Shown one piece after another: positions 49,535-59,073 of a stretch of DNA of 64,000 nucleotides. The DNA is from Cenarchaeum sp. (GTDB lineage: Archaea; Thermoproteota; Nitrososphaeria; Nitrososphaerales; Nitrosopumilaceae), in the NCBI GenBank assembly GCA_965212015.1, contig OZ243037.1:1344001-1408000 (forward strand). The letters are read 5' to 3'. Positions within the stretch are counted from its first letter, which is position 1, and each line of letters starts with the position of its first letter. Position numbers and translations under genes: made by a program. The notes under the pieces are model-generated. The model had not been told where the DNA came from and searched no databases. It saw only the letters and a program-made list of their open reading frames with translations.

Positions 49535-50689
49535 GTGGAAAAGGTTTGCGTTCTTGGTGCGGGAAGCACCAAATACGGAAAATTACAAGACAGCATTTCC
49601 GATATAACGGTCCGGGCCTCGATTGACGCAATTCAAAGCGCAGGGATTGATCCCAAGGACATCAAGGCCGGCTATATCTCAAACGTCTTTGGCGTCGCCG
49701 ACAAGCAGGTACACCTGGGACCGGTAATCATGAGCAATCTTGGAATACCGGAGAGGCCCTCGCTGTCCATCGAGTCGGCCTGCGGCAGCGGATCCGTCTC
49801 GTTCAGGGAGGCGTTTGCAAACGTGGCAGCGGGATTCTACGACGTAGTCCTGGTTGCCGGAACAGAAAAGGTGACGCATACCGGAACCGAATGGACCACG
49901 ACTTATTTCTCGTACTGTTCGGATTTCTTTTACGAGGGGCAGGCCGGCGCGTCGTTTCCGGGCCTGTTTGCATCGATGGCCAGGGCGTACCTGTCGGAGT
50001 TTGACGCCACCGAGGAGGATTTTGCAAGGGTGGCAGTAAAAAACCACGAAAACGGGCTGCTCAACCCAAAGGCGCACCTGCGCAAAAAGATCACAGTCGA
50101 CGACGTGATGAATTCTGCGACAGTCGCAAGCCCGCTCAAGCTTTATGACTGCTGCCCGTTTTCTGACGGCGCCAGCTCTGTCATCCTGTGCAGCGAAAAG
50201 TTCGCCCGCGAGCACGGCGGCGACTATGTCCGGGTCATCGGCTCCGGAAGGGGAGGATCGCCTGCGGCACTGCAGGATCGCGCCCACATGACTACCATCC
50301 CGAGCACAAAAATAGCGGCGGATGCGGCCTACAAGATGGCAGGAATTACCCCAAAGGATGTAGATTTTGCCGAGGTCCACGACTGCTTTACCATCGCCGA
50401 AATAGTCGACAGCGAGGATTTGGGGTTCTTTGAGAAGGGCAAGGGCGTCGAGGGCGTGCGGGAGGGCCAGACCTCAAGGGACGGCCAGATACCGATCAAC
50501 CCGTCAGGCGGGCTAAAGTCAAAGGGCCATCCGATCGGCGCAACGGGGGTGGGACAGGTAGTCGAGGTTTATGATCAACTGACTGGCAATGCGGGTCAGA
50601 GAACCGTACGGGACGCCAAAGTCGGCCTGACCCACAATTTCGGCGCAACGGGGGCCAGCTGCGCGGTCCACATCTTTCAGGGAGTGTAA
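49535..50689 (+). CDS. Acetoacetyl-CoA thiolase (archaeal type)
   Basis: ESACGSG, EVHDCF, NPSGGLKSKGHPIGATG. Confidence 0.93.
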   Translation: MEKVCVLGAGSTKYGKLQDSISDITVRASIDAIQSAGIDPKDIKAGYISNVFGVADKQVHLGPVIMSNLGIPERPSLSIESACGSGSVSFREAFANVAAGFYDVVLVAGTEKVTHTGTEWTTTYFSYCSDFFYEGQAGASFPGLFASMARAYLSEFDATEEDFARVAVKNHENGLLNPKAHLRKKITVDDVMNSATVASPLKLYDCCPFSDGASSVILCSEKFAREHGGDYVRVIGSGRGGSPAALQDRAHMTTIPSTKIAADAAYKMAGITPKDVDFAEVHDCFTIAEIVDSEDLGFFEKGKGVEGVREGQTSRDGQIPINPSGGLKSKGHPIGATGVGQVVEVYDQLTGNAGQRTVRDAKVGLTHNFGATGASCAVHIFQGV

Positions 50690-50690
50690 A

Positions 50691-51056
50691 ATGTCCGGCA
50701 AGCAAGAGTTTGTAAAACAGGCCAAGGAGGGAAACGTCCTTGCGCACAAGTGCGCAAAGTGCGGCAACCTCTGCCTGTCTACTGTCTATTTCTGCCAGAA
50801 ATGCGGCGCCAGGGACTTTGAGGATGCCGTATTCAAGGGGACCGGGACGGTGGCCACATACACGATAATCACGGTTCCGCCGGCAGGGTTTGAAGAGCAT
50901 ACGCCATATGCCTGGGTGGTGCTCAACCTGGACGGCTCCAAGCTGCGGGTGTCCGGATTCATGGCCGGAATCGCAAGCCCGGACGATCTCTTGGTCGGCT
51001 CGCCTGCCAGAATAACCGGCTTTGACGAGCGCGGGATCCTGCTAGAAAAGCGCTAA
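50691..51056 (+). CDS. DUF35 Zn-ribbon/OB-fold thiolase partner
   Basis: CAKCG...CQKCG, GTVATYT, PY; adjacent to thiolase. Confidence 0.9.
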   Translation: MSGKQEFVKQAKEGNVLAHKCAKCGNLCLSTVYFCQKCGARDFEDAVFKGTGTVATYTIITVPPAGFEEHTPYAWVVLNLDGSKLRVSGFMAGIASPDDLLVGSPARITGFDERGILLEKR

Positions 51057-51124
51057 AATAATTCATCATTATCATTAAAAAAACCAAAGCACGTTTTTAT
51101 TTATCCTAAAGGTGGATCATCTGT

Positions 51125-51286
51125 ATGTCCGTGGATGTCACGTGTGGTAAGTGCGGTGAAAAGATTACCACGATGAAAATGCTAAAGCCACTCAAGGACG
51201 TGCTGAATCCATACAACGGAAAGTGTCCGTCGTGCGGGCAGGCGCTGTCGACATCCGAATTCTCGCTAGATGTCGACGAGAACTGA
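51125..51286 (+). CDS. 53-aa zinc-ribbon protein (not in ORF track)
   Basis: MSVDVTCGKCG...GKCPSCGQALSTSEFSLDVDEN. Confidence 0.75.
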   Translation: MSVDVTCGKCGEKITTMKMLKPLKDVLNPYNGKCPSCGQALSTSEFSLDVDEN

Positions 51287-51350
51287 TCGTAATCTGCGAT
51301 AAACGTTCTAGTCACAAGTCTTATTTAGCTCTTTTTTTTACACATGGATC

Positions 51351-53441
51351 ATGGAGCTTAGCGAGGACATCGAGGAGCCAAAGAGGGACGGCATCCTGCA
51401 GTCCACGTCAAAGCGCGTGCGGATGATCTTTTCTGTAATGGCAAGCCCCAACAGGATTGACATACTCCGGATCCTCAACTCAAAGGGCCCGCTGACCTAT
51501 TCTGAGCTAAAGTCGCTGGCCGGATTCAAGTCAAAAAAGGAGAGCGGCAAGTTTGCCTATCACCTGAGAAAGCTGCTAAGGCAGTCCCTGGTGGCGCTAA
51601 ACAAGTCCGAGCGCCGCTATACCATAACCAACCTTGGAAAGCTGGTTCTGAGCCTCGCCCGGCAGATCGAGGAGCGGTCGATAATCGAGAGCGGCAAGAT
51701 GTACGTGAGGACGTCGCACGAGTCAATCGAAGAGTTCAACTCGCACAAGATAATCCAGTCCCTGGTAAGGGAGGGAAGCCTTCCCCTGGAGCTGGCCCAA
51801 AAGATCACAGAGGAGGTCGAAAACCGCATCTACAAGTACCAGACCACCTACCTGACCGGATCCCTGATACGGGAGATGGTCAATTCCGTCCTGCTCGAGC
51901 ACGGCCACGAGGAGTACCGCAACAAGCTCGTGCGGCTGGGACTGCCAGTATACGACGTCCTGGAGATGATGTCAAACGTGGACATTGTAAACAACGGGGC
52001 AGAGGGCATACTATCCAGGACCGGACAGGCGATATTCTCAGAAAACCTGCTCACAAACATGCTGCCAAAGGACGTGGCGGACTCTCACCTGTCAGGCGAC
52101 TTGCACATAACGAACCCGGGAATCTGGTCGCTATTGCCGGACATTTTGTTTGTCAACATCAAGGAGCTAATCGAGGACGGCCTTGATCTTGGCGGCAAGT
52201 TCCTTGACGTTTCCAGATTAAAGTCAGTAAAGACGCTTGACGACCTGTCAGTCGCCATATCGATGATAATGTCGCTCATCTCAAAGGAGGCCTCACAGGA
52301 GATAGTGTTCAGCGGAATTGCGCAGCTGTTATCCAAGCACTCAAAAAACATACCCGAGCTTGTAACAAAGGTTACCAACGCGTTCATATCTGCGTCGACT
52401 GCATCAAAGTACAACAAGGATCCCACGCTGATCTCATTCGTGCTGCAGATGGGCACGGATACAAAAACAAACAATGCGGTAATCGAGGCGTACAAGAACT
52501 ATGTAAGAATAACGCCGCTGCCCAGCATCGGCCTGGTAATTGATCACACAAAGACGAAAATCTCTGATGTCTCTGCTGAGCTTTCCGAGATAATTGCGCT
52601 GGGCGGAAGAATAATCATCGGCAAAAAGACAATGTCCAACCGCGCAATAATTCCCAGCACGACAAAGAGCTCCACGCTGTCGATAAACCTGCAGTCCATA
52701 TCGATAAACCTGCCAAGACTTGCATTCGAGTCAAACAAGGACGAGACATACTTTAGGGCAAGGCTTGCCCTGCTGATGAAGCCGGCGATATCGTCGATGG
52801 GGCTGAGAAAAAAAGAGATTGCCGATTTGACAAGGCGCGGACTCAATCCAATCCTTGCAAAAAACACGCAATACATGCAGCGCGGCTCGATCACACTTGT
52901 TCTGAATCTCACCGGGTTGCGCGAGGCAATCTTTAACATACTTGGCTATACCGAAAACAAGGCCGGCCGCGACGTGCTCTACAAGGTAGTCGAGACTGCA
53001 ATCGATGTCGCAAAAAAGAAGGGCAAGGAGATCGGCGACGACGTGAAAATCTGCATGACCGAAAGCGACGGCTCTACCAGGTTTGCAACCATGGACGGCG
53101 AAAAATACGGCAAGAACTCTGTACTGAAAACAATAGAGTCGGACTCTTATTCTGACGGGATGACACTAGATGCCGCAGACGTCGCCGGCCTTACGGCAAA
53201 AAGCGATCAGATTACAGAATGCAACAGGCTGGCCAAGACCCTCAACGGGGGCCTCTTGGTGAGCCTAAAGATAGGCAGGGAGCTTGGCGCAGGCGACATC
53301 AAAAAGGCCATAGAAAAGACCGCCGATCTCGTAGGATCCTTCAGGCCGGTCCAGCAGGTTCCGATCTGCGGCGGATGCGGCTTTAAGGACGAGACGCTCT
53401 CTGAAAAGTGCCCAAGGTGCAAATCCCCGTATATCATCTGA
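51351..53441 (+). CDS. ArsR-type wHTH + ATP-cone + degenerate class III RNR (NrdD-like) fusion
   Basis: SPNRIDIL..L...LTYSEL..FAYHLRKL (wHTH); MYVRTS..IEEFNSHKI...IREMVNSVL (ATP-cone); DSHLSGDLHI, SINLPRLA, RFATMD, CxxC..CPxC (NrdD). Confidence 0.85.
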   Translation: MELSEDIEEPKRDGILQSTSKRVRMIFSVMASPNRIDILRILNSKGPLTYSELKSLAGFKSKKESGKFAYHLRKLLRQSLVALNKSERRYTITNLGKLVLSLARQIEERSIIESGKMYVRTSHESIEEFNSHKIIQSLVREGSLPLELAQKITEEVENRIYKYQTTYLTGSLIREMVNSVLLEHGHEEYRNKLVRLGLPVYDVLEMMSNVDIVNNGAEGILSRTGQAIFSENLLTNMLPKDVADSHLSGDLHITNPGIWSLLPDILFVNIKELIEDGLDLGGKFLDVSRLKSVKTLDDLSVAISMIMSLISKEASQEIVFSGIAQLLSKHSKNIPELVTKVTNAFISASTASKYNKDPTLISFVLQMGTDTKTNNAVIEAYKNYVRITPLPSIGLVIDHTKTKISDVSAELSEIIALGGRIIIGKKTMSNRAIIPSTTKSSTLSINLQSISINLPRLAFESNKDETYFRARLALLMKPAISSMGLRKKEIADLTRRGLNPILAKNTQYMQRGSITLVLNLTGLREAIFNILGYTENKAGRDVLYKVVETAIDVAKKKGKEIGDDVKICMTESDGSTRFATMDGEKYGKNSVLKTIESDSYSDGMTLDAADVAGLTAKSDQITECNRLAKTLNGGLLVSLKIGRELGAGDIKKAIEKTADLVGSFRPVQQVPICGGCGFKDETLSEKCPRCKSPYII

Positions 53442-53635
53442 AATTCGAAAATTTTGAGCTGTTTTCGATGCGGCCACCACCGTCGGCGTGACTTTATTCA
53501 GATCTACCGGGACGGATCAATCCACCGGTATGACGTTCATAATAGCGGTGTCAATATTTTTGAACCCCGACGGACAGATTTTTTGTAGAATCATTTATAC
53601 GCATATTCATTTTACTAATTTTGAGGACATTATAA

Positions 53636-56284
53636 TTGGACAATTCCACCATAGAATCGACTATCGGCGAGATCAGAAAGCGAAACGGCAAGGTAGACAG
53701 CTTTAACATCGACAAGATCTCAAATGCCATATTCAAGGCCCTGTCTGCCACCTCCAAGGCAGATCGCGATCTGGCAGAAAACCTTGCAAGGGGCGTGGCC
53801 ACAAAGCTCATGGAGCAGGGGTTTTCGGCCTCAAGGCAGCCCAGCGTGGAGAACATTCAGGACATGGTCGAGATTACCCTGATTGAAAACGGCCACGGCG
53901 AGATTGCAAAGGCGTACATTCTGTACCGAAACGAGCGCAGCATGGTCCGCGACGAAAAGATGAGGGTCCTCAACTCCCAGAGCCTGGATCCGGTCGCAAA
54001 GTTCTTTGATCTCAACTGCCTGCGCGTTTTGGCATCCAGATACCTTCTCAGGAACAACAAAAACGAGATCACAGAGAGCCCCAGCCAGATGTTTGAGCGC
54101 GTGGCGATCCTGATCGGCATCGGGGATCTGCTGTATGACGGCGAGATATTCGACAGGGACGGCCGCTCAAAGCAGGACGAGGAAGTGGCCAAAAAATACC
54201 TTGAAAAACTCGACAGTTTTGACTACAAATTCAAGATAGGCGACTATTACCTGAACAAGTACCACCTCAGATCCCTTGTCAACCATTATGTCGCCCTGGC
54301 AGACAAGGGGCAGATAAAAATCGGCTTTAAGGACCTGCTGACAAAGATAGCCGGAAAACAGTTCAACAGGTATGCAGATAAAATCAAGGAGTATTACGAG
54401 TTAATGACATCACAGGACTTTCTTCCAAACTCGCCCACAATGATGAACGCAGGCGGAAGGCTGGGACAGCTGTCTGCGTGCTTTGTGCTTGACATGCCAG
54501 ATGACATGGAGGCAATCATGAAGTCGACGTCAGACGCCGCGCTGATCTTCAAGTCCGGCGGCGGCGTGGGAATAAACTATTCAGACCTGCGCCAAGAGGG
54601 CGACATTGTCGCCTCCACGTCCGGCGTGGCATCCGGCCCCGTCTCGTTTATGAACATTATCAATACCGTGACTGAGGTCGTAAAACAGGGCGGCAAAAGG
54701 AGGGGCGCCAACATGGGAATCATCGAGGCGTGGCATCCCGACGTGGAAAAATTCATCACAAACAAGACGGAATCCGGCGTGCTGGAAAACTTTAACGTCA
54801 GCGTCGGAATCTGGGAGGATTTCTGGAACTCGCTTGTCAACTCTAAAGACGGCAAATACATGCTCAGAAGCACGCGCGAGCGCACTCCCGTGCGCGAAAT
54901 CAATGCGCACCAGCTAATCGACCTCATTGCGCTGTCCGCGTGGAAGAGCGCAGAGCCGGGGCTCATATTCTTTGATCAGATAAACAAGTACAACGTTTTT
55001 GCAAAGGCAAGAGGCGGGCCGCTGCGCGCGACGAACCCGTGCGGGGAGCAGAGCCTGTACCCGTACGAGTCGTGCAACCTGGGATCAATCAATCTTGCCA
55101 ACCTTGTAAAGCGAAAGGCAGACGGCGAGTACGAGTTTGACTGGCAGAGATACGAGGAGACGATTAGAAAGACCACCAGGTTCCTTGACAGCGTAATTGA
55201 CGTGAATCTCTATCCGGTAAAAGAGATAAACACCGCCTCCAAGGATTCCAGGAGAATCGGACTGGGGGTCATGGGCGTGGCGGATCTATTATACAAGCTG
55301 AGAATTCCGTACAACTCCAAGGAGGGCTATGAGCTACAGTCCAAGCTTGCCGAGGCCCTTACCTACTATTCCATGGAGGAGAGCGTGGCCCTGGCAAAGT
55401 CTCGGGGCGAGTTTCCGCTGTGCTCAAAGACAGAGTATCCGGAGGGCAGGATTCCCGTCGCGGGATACTATGAAAGGCCAAAGGACGAGCACACGTACGA
55501 CTGGGACGCACTCATTGACAAGATAAAAATACACGGAATCCGGAACGTCCTGACGACCACGGTGGCCCCCACGGGAACACTCTCGATGCTTGCCGACTGT
55601 TCCAACGGCATGGAGCCCACGTTTGCGCTGGTCTTTGAAAAGCGCGTAACTGTCGGGCGGTTCTTTTACACCAACAAGATAATAGAGCAGGTACTGCGCG
55701 ACAACGGGCTGTACGACAAAAAGATACTCGAAACGATTGCAGACAATTACGGATCCCTCCGGGGCCTTGAGGAGATTCCCGAATGGATGCAGAACATCTT
55801 TGTGACGGCGATGGACATACACTGGTCTGACCACCTCATGGCGCAGGCCGTATGGCAGGAATGGATCGGCAATGCTATAGCAAAGACAATCAACATGCCG
55901 TATGACGTCTCTGCTGACGACGTAAAGGCGGCATACCTGCTGGCCCACGAGATGGGCCTCAAGGGAATCACGGTATACCGCGACGGCTCGAGGCACAAGC
56001 AGGTGCTGCACATGACCAGTGAGAATGCAGAAAAGTCCTTTGACGTCGTGCCAAGCGACTATCTTGTACAATACGTAGAGGGGAACATACACAACACGTA
56101 CATAAAGTCCCAGGTTGACGCGGCGCTGAGCTTCAAGGCGTCTGACAAGCCGCAGATGGAGCAGAACATCTCTGAGGAGGAGACAGAAAAAACACTGTGT
56201 CCCAACTGCAAAAACAAGCTGGTCTTTGTGGAGGGGTGCAGCATATGCATAGACTGCGGCTTTAGCGGATGCACGTCCGGATAG
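53636..56284 (+). CDS. nrdJ: Adenosylcobalamin-dependent class II ribonucleotide reductase
   Basis: N-terminal ATP-cone (IRKRNG), PNSPT, LSACFV, TNPCGEQ, ESCNLGS, APTGT, C-terminal Cys cluster. Confidence 0.95.
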   Translation: MDNSTIESTIGEIRKRNGKVDSFNIDKISNAIFKALSATSKADRDLAENLARGVATKLMEQGFSASRQPSVENIQDMVEITLIENGHGEIAKAYILYRNERSMVRDEKMRVLNSQSLDPVAKFFDLNCLRVLASRYLLRNNKNEITESPSQMFERVAILIGIGDLLYDGEIFDRDGRSKQDEEVAKKYLEKLDSFDYKFKIGDYYLNKYHLRSLVNHYVALADKGQIKIGFKDLLTKIAGKQFNRYADKIKEYYELMTSQDFLPNSPTMMNAGGRLGQLSACFVLDMPDDMEAIMKSTSDAALIFKSGGGVGINYSDLRQEGDIVASTSGVASGPVSFMNIINTVTEVVKQGGKRRGANMGIIEAWHPDVEKFITNKTESGVLENFNVSVGIWEDFWNSLVNSKDGKYMLRSTRERTPVREINAHQLIDLIALSAWKSAEPGLIFFDQINKYNVFAKARGGPLRATNPCGEQSLYPYESCNLGSINLANLVKRKADGEYEFDWQRYEETIRKTTRFLDSVIDVNLYPVKEINTASKDSRRIGLGVMGVADLLYKLRIPYNSKEGYELQSKLAEALTYYSMEESVALAKSRGEFPLCSKTEYPEGRIPVAGYYERPKDEHTYDWDALIDKIKIHGIRNVLTTTVAPTGTLSMLADCSNGMEPTFALVFEKRVTVGRFFYTNKIIEQVLRDNGLYDKKILETIADNYGSLRGLEEIPEWMQNIFVTAMDIHWSDHLMAQAVWQEWIGNAIAKTINMPYDVSADDVKAAYLLAHEMGLKGITVYRDGSRHKQVLHMTSENAEKSFDVVPSDYLVQYVEGNIHNTYIKSQVDAALSFKASDKPQMEQNISEEETEKTLCPNCKNKLVFVEGCSICIDCGFSGCTSG

Positions 56285-56586
56285 GAACCGTCATTCCAGG
56301 ACACTAAAAAAACAAAATCCCCCTTCTGCCGCGGGGGCAGTTGTACGTTGACTCGTTTATGTGAGCTTTTGGACGCCCGGCTAGCGCCGCGAGATGTCTC
56401 TGACTCTTTTTCCCTGTCGGGGCCCATTTGATAAAAAAATTGGGGTCAAAAAAGTTAGTTTTTTGGCAAACTTTGGGCACACCAGACATTGAAACCGGCC
56501 CCCATCAGGCGCGTCGGATGCCCGTTTGAAAAGCTTTTTTTGTGGGGCCTGCCGCAAAAGGGCGATTGGTTTGCACGCCAACAAAA

Positions 56587-56618
56587 CCGGGGGGTTCATC
56601 TACGGATGGCTCTCCCGG
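56587..56618 (+). other. Hairpin with C(UACG)G tetraloop in intergenic region
   Basis: ccggggggttcatc-tacg-gatggctctcccgg; 14-bp stem with G-U pairs and one mismatch. Confidence 0.4.
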
Positions 56619-56679
56619 GAAACTCGTTTTTGGAGCGTGACTTGGTTTATTACCAAAGGGGGACAGCACAAGCCAAAGC

Positions 56680-57276
56680 TTGAGGGTAAAATGCGATTCA
56701 AACGGGATCAGCCAGGCGGTAAATGCCGTCCGCGCAGGCAAGGTCATCATCTTTCCGACGGACACAGTCTACGGGATGGGTTGCGATCCCTTTGATGCGG
56801 ACGCAGTAAGGGCGGTTTACGGCCTCAAGCGGCGCCGGGCCTGCAAGCCGCTTCCGGTACTGGGATACTCTGGAGACGATCTTTCTGTTATAGCCGAGCT
56901 GGGGGAAATGCACGAAAAAATCACCTCGAGATTCTGGCCGGGCCCGCTTACCGTCGTCACCGGGGTAAGGGACGAAAGGATAAGGCAGTCACTCGGGCTG
57001 GCAGACAAAATCGCAGTAAGGGTGCCCCGGGGCCGATGCGTGCGCGAAATACTCAAAGAGTGCCGGCTCTTGGTGGGGACCAGCGCAAACGTATCGGGGG
57101 AAAAGCCGTTTGTTGATCCGCAAGAGTGCCTCCAAGCGTTCGGGCAGGTTCCGGTATTTGTGGACGGGGGGGCAATAGCCGGCGGGGTGGAATCCACCAT
57201 AGTGGAGCTGGACTGCGACGGGGTAAGGATTCTGCGCAAGGGCGGGATTGCCGGGGAGCTGCTCGGGACGCCTTGA
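56680..57276 (+). CDS. tsaC: Threonylcarbamoyl-AMP synthase (TsaC/Sua5 YrdC domain)
   Basis: FPTDTVYG, LKRR..KPL, FWPGPLT, TSANVSG, STIV. Confidence 0.92.
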   Translation: MRVKCDSNGISQAVNAVRAGKVIIFPTDTVYGMGCDPFDADAVRAVYGLKRRRACKPLPVLGYSGDDLSVIAELGEMHEKITSRFWPGPLTVVTGVRDERIRQSLGLADKIAVRVPRGRCVREILKECRLLVGTSANVSGEKPFVDPQECLQAFGQVPVFVDGGAIAGGVESTIVELDCDGVRILRKGGIAGELLGTP

Positions 57277-57791
57277 ATCTGATCGTTACGTGCCCCAGGC
57301 ACTTTGAGGAGGATGCGGCAGACGAGATCTCCGGCATACTAGACGGCATGGGCGCAGACCTGACCGTTCAAAAGAGCCGCTTTTCTGGAATCCTGATGGT
57401 TGATGCAAAAATCAGCCCTGCCGCCGTCTCGCGGCACATCCGGGAGCGCATACACGACGAACCGTGGTCTGTCAGGTACATACTCAGGACGATACCGGTG
57501 CAAAAATGGATTGCAACTGACATGGAGCAGATTGTAGCCGAGTCGCAAATACTCGCCGGGACAATACGGGCGGATGAAAAGTACAGGGTTACGGTGGAAA
57601 AAAGGGACTCTGAAATATCCTCGCGCGACATAATCTCCAGAATCGCCGACCTGATGGAAAATGAGGTCTCGTTGGAGGCGCCTGACAGGATAATACTCGT
57701 CGAGATACTCGGGGATCATACCGGGCTGTCGGTGATAAGTGCCGATGACATACTCAGCGTCGAAAGGGAAAAGCGCAGAATCTCAGAATAA
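57273..57791 (+). CDS. THUMP-domain protein
   Basis: LIVTCPRHFE, YRVTVEKR, VSLEAPD.II.VEI; TTGA overlap with tsaC. Confidence 0.85.
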   Translation: MNLIVTCPRHFEEDAADEISGILDGMGADLTVQKSRFSGILMVDAKISPAAVSRHIRERIHDEPWSVRYILRTIPVQKWIATDMEQIVAESQILAGTIRADEKYRVTVEKRDSEISSRDIISRIADLMENEVSLEAPDRIILVEILGDHTGLSVISADDILSVEREKRRISE

Positions 57792-58550
57792 TACTGCGGC
57801 GCGCTCTACTAGAATGTCCTCCAGCGGCACCCTTGACTCGACTGCCCGGATGTGCGTTTTGGTTATGCCGAATTCCTTCATCAAAAACCCCTCGTTTTTT
57901 TTGGGCGGACTGGCATCAAGCTGGGGCCGCAGCGTGTGGTGCATCCTGTCAAGCATGGCGCCCGGCCCCACTGCCACGAGCAAAAACCTGTCCTTTTTGG
58001 CAATGCCTACCTTGGAGATTGCATACGAGATCTGATTCGTTCCGGCAAACCTCATTAGCATGTCCGTCTCTAGCTTTTTGGACAGCATGATGCCGTGTTT
58101 TTGCGCATACAGGGAGATTAGCAGTATCCTTTGCACGTGGGATCTGCCCATTACATAGTCTGCCGATATTGCCTGTATGGCCAGCCGGGGAAACTCTTTG
58201 CGGAGACAGTCCAGAAACTGCACGTTCGAGTCCCCGTCGCGCCTGACAGAAAAGATCTCGGCGTTTTTGCCCGCCTTGAGCCGCACCCTTGGCGAGCCGC
58301 CGTGGATGACGGGGATTATCGACACCGTGTCCCCGGAGCGTATCGGCGCAGACTTTCCGCCCGTTATGGCAGAATCGGCGCCGTTAATTGCAACTATTGT
58401 GTTGGCCGCGTCAAACTCCATTGTTTCATCGGGTTTTTTTGCAAGCAGATAGTCTAGCAGCTCCTGCACCGTGAGCTCGTCCTTTTCAACCGGCATGGAA
58501 TCGGCGCGGAACGATTTTTTGGCGCCGCCAAGAAACTTTACCGTTATCAA
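57783..58550 (-). CDS. cgi121: Ubiquitin-like (MoaD/ThiS) domain fused to KEOPS subunit Cgi121
   Basis: ITVKFLGG...VAING...IIPVIHGG then SKKLETDMLMRFAGTNQISYAI..GI. Confidence 0.85.
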   Translation of the reverse strand: MITVKFLGGAKKSFRADSMPVEKDELTVQELLDYLLAKKPDETMEFDAANTIVAINGADSAITGGKSAPIRSGDTVSIIPVIHGGSPRVRLKAGKNAEIFSVRRDGDSNVQFLDCLRKEFPRLAIQAISADYVMGRSHVQRILLISLYAQKHGIMLSKKLETDMLMRFAGTNQISYAISKVGIAKKDRFLLVAVGPGAMLDRMHHTLRPQLDASPPKKNEGFLMKEFGITKTHIRAVESRVPLEDILVERAAVLF

Positions 58551-58574
58551 TTCAAAATCCCGCATCCGTGCAGG

Positions 58575-59042
58575 TCAGTTCTTTGGCTCTGCTGCCGTCT
58601 CTGTTGTAGGTTCGACTGTGGCCGGCTCTACCGTCTCTGTTGTAAGTTCGACTGTGGCCGGCTCTGCCGTCTCTGTTGTAGGTTCAACCGTCTTTGCAAT
58701 AGGTTCGCCTGTATCAGTCTCTGCTGCCGGCTCTATCGTATCCGTCTTTGCAATAGGTTCGCCTGTGGCCGTCTCTGTTGTAGGTTCGCCTGTCTCTGCG
58801 TCCTTTGCCTGGCTCTCTGAGACCTGCTCGTCGAACTCTTTTTCACGCTCTTCTTTTTCTTTTTGCTGGCGTATCTCGCGCTTTATGAACTTTGTAATAA
58901 ATCCCGCAATCTCATTTTTTAATTCCTTGGAGCGTATGATTGAAACATCATCCAGAGCTTTTTTGTTGTCCACAAAATCCACGCCAAAAGACGACTTGTA
59001 GCTATTCATTACCTCCATTGAAAGTATCTTGACTCTGTCCAC
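58575..59042 (-). CDS. rps17e: 30S ribosomal protein S17e with long acidic repetitive tail
   Basis: DFVDNKKAL...SKELKNEIAGFIT S17e signature; GTG start 59042. Confidence 0.88.
   Translation of the reverse strand: MDRVKILSMEVMNSYKSSFGVDFVDNKKALDDVSIIRSKELKNEIAGFITKFIKREIRQQKEKEEREKEFDEQVSESQAKDAETGEPTTETATGEPIAKTDTIEPAAETDTGEPIAKTVEPTTETAEPATVELTTETVEPATVEPTTETAAEPKN
58590..58797 (-). repeat. Imperfect coding repeats (EPTTETA / EPATV / GEPIAKT)
   Basis: ccgtctctgttgtaggttc recurs; ctttgcaataggttcgcctgt occurs twice. Confidence 0.8.
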
Positions 59043-59073
59043 TCCGGTCGTTACGGGAGGGGGTTTTTTATAC

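Noticed and set aside
51351-53441. Functional anaerobic RNR, or a pseudogene
   Set aside because: The radical loop and catalytic Cys are absent, so not an active RNR; the frame is intact over 696 aa with a fused wHTH, so not a decayed gene
56285-56679. Cobalamin riboswitch for nrdJ
   Set aside because: Region is downstream of nrdJ and I could not recognise a B12-box
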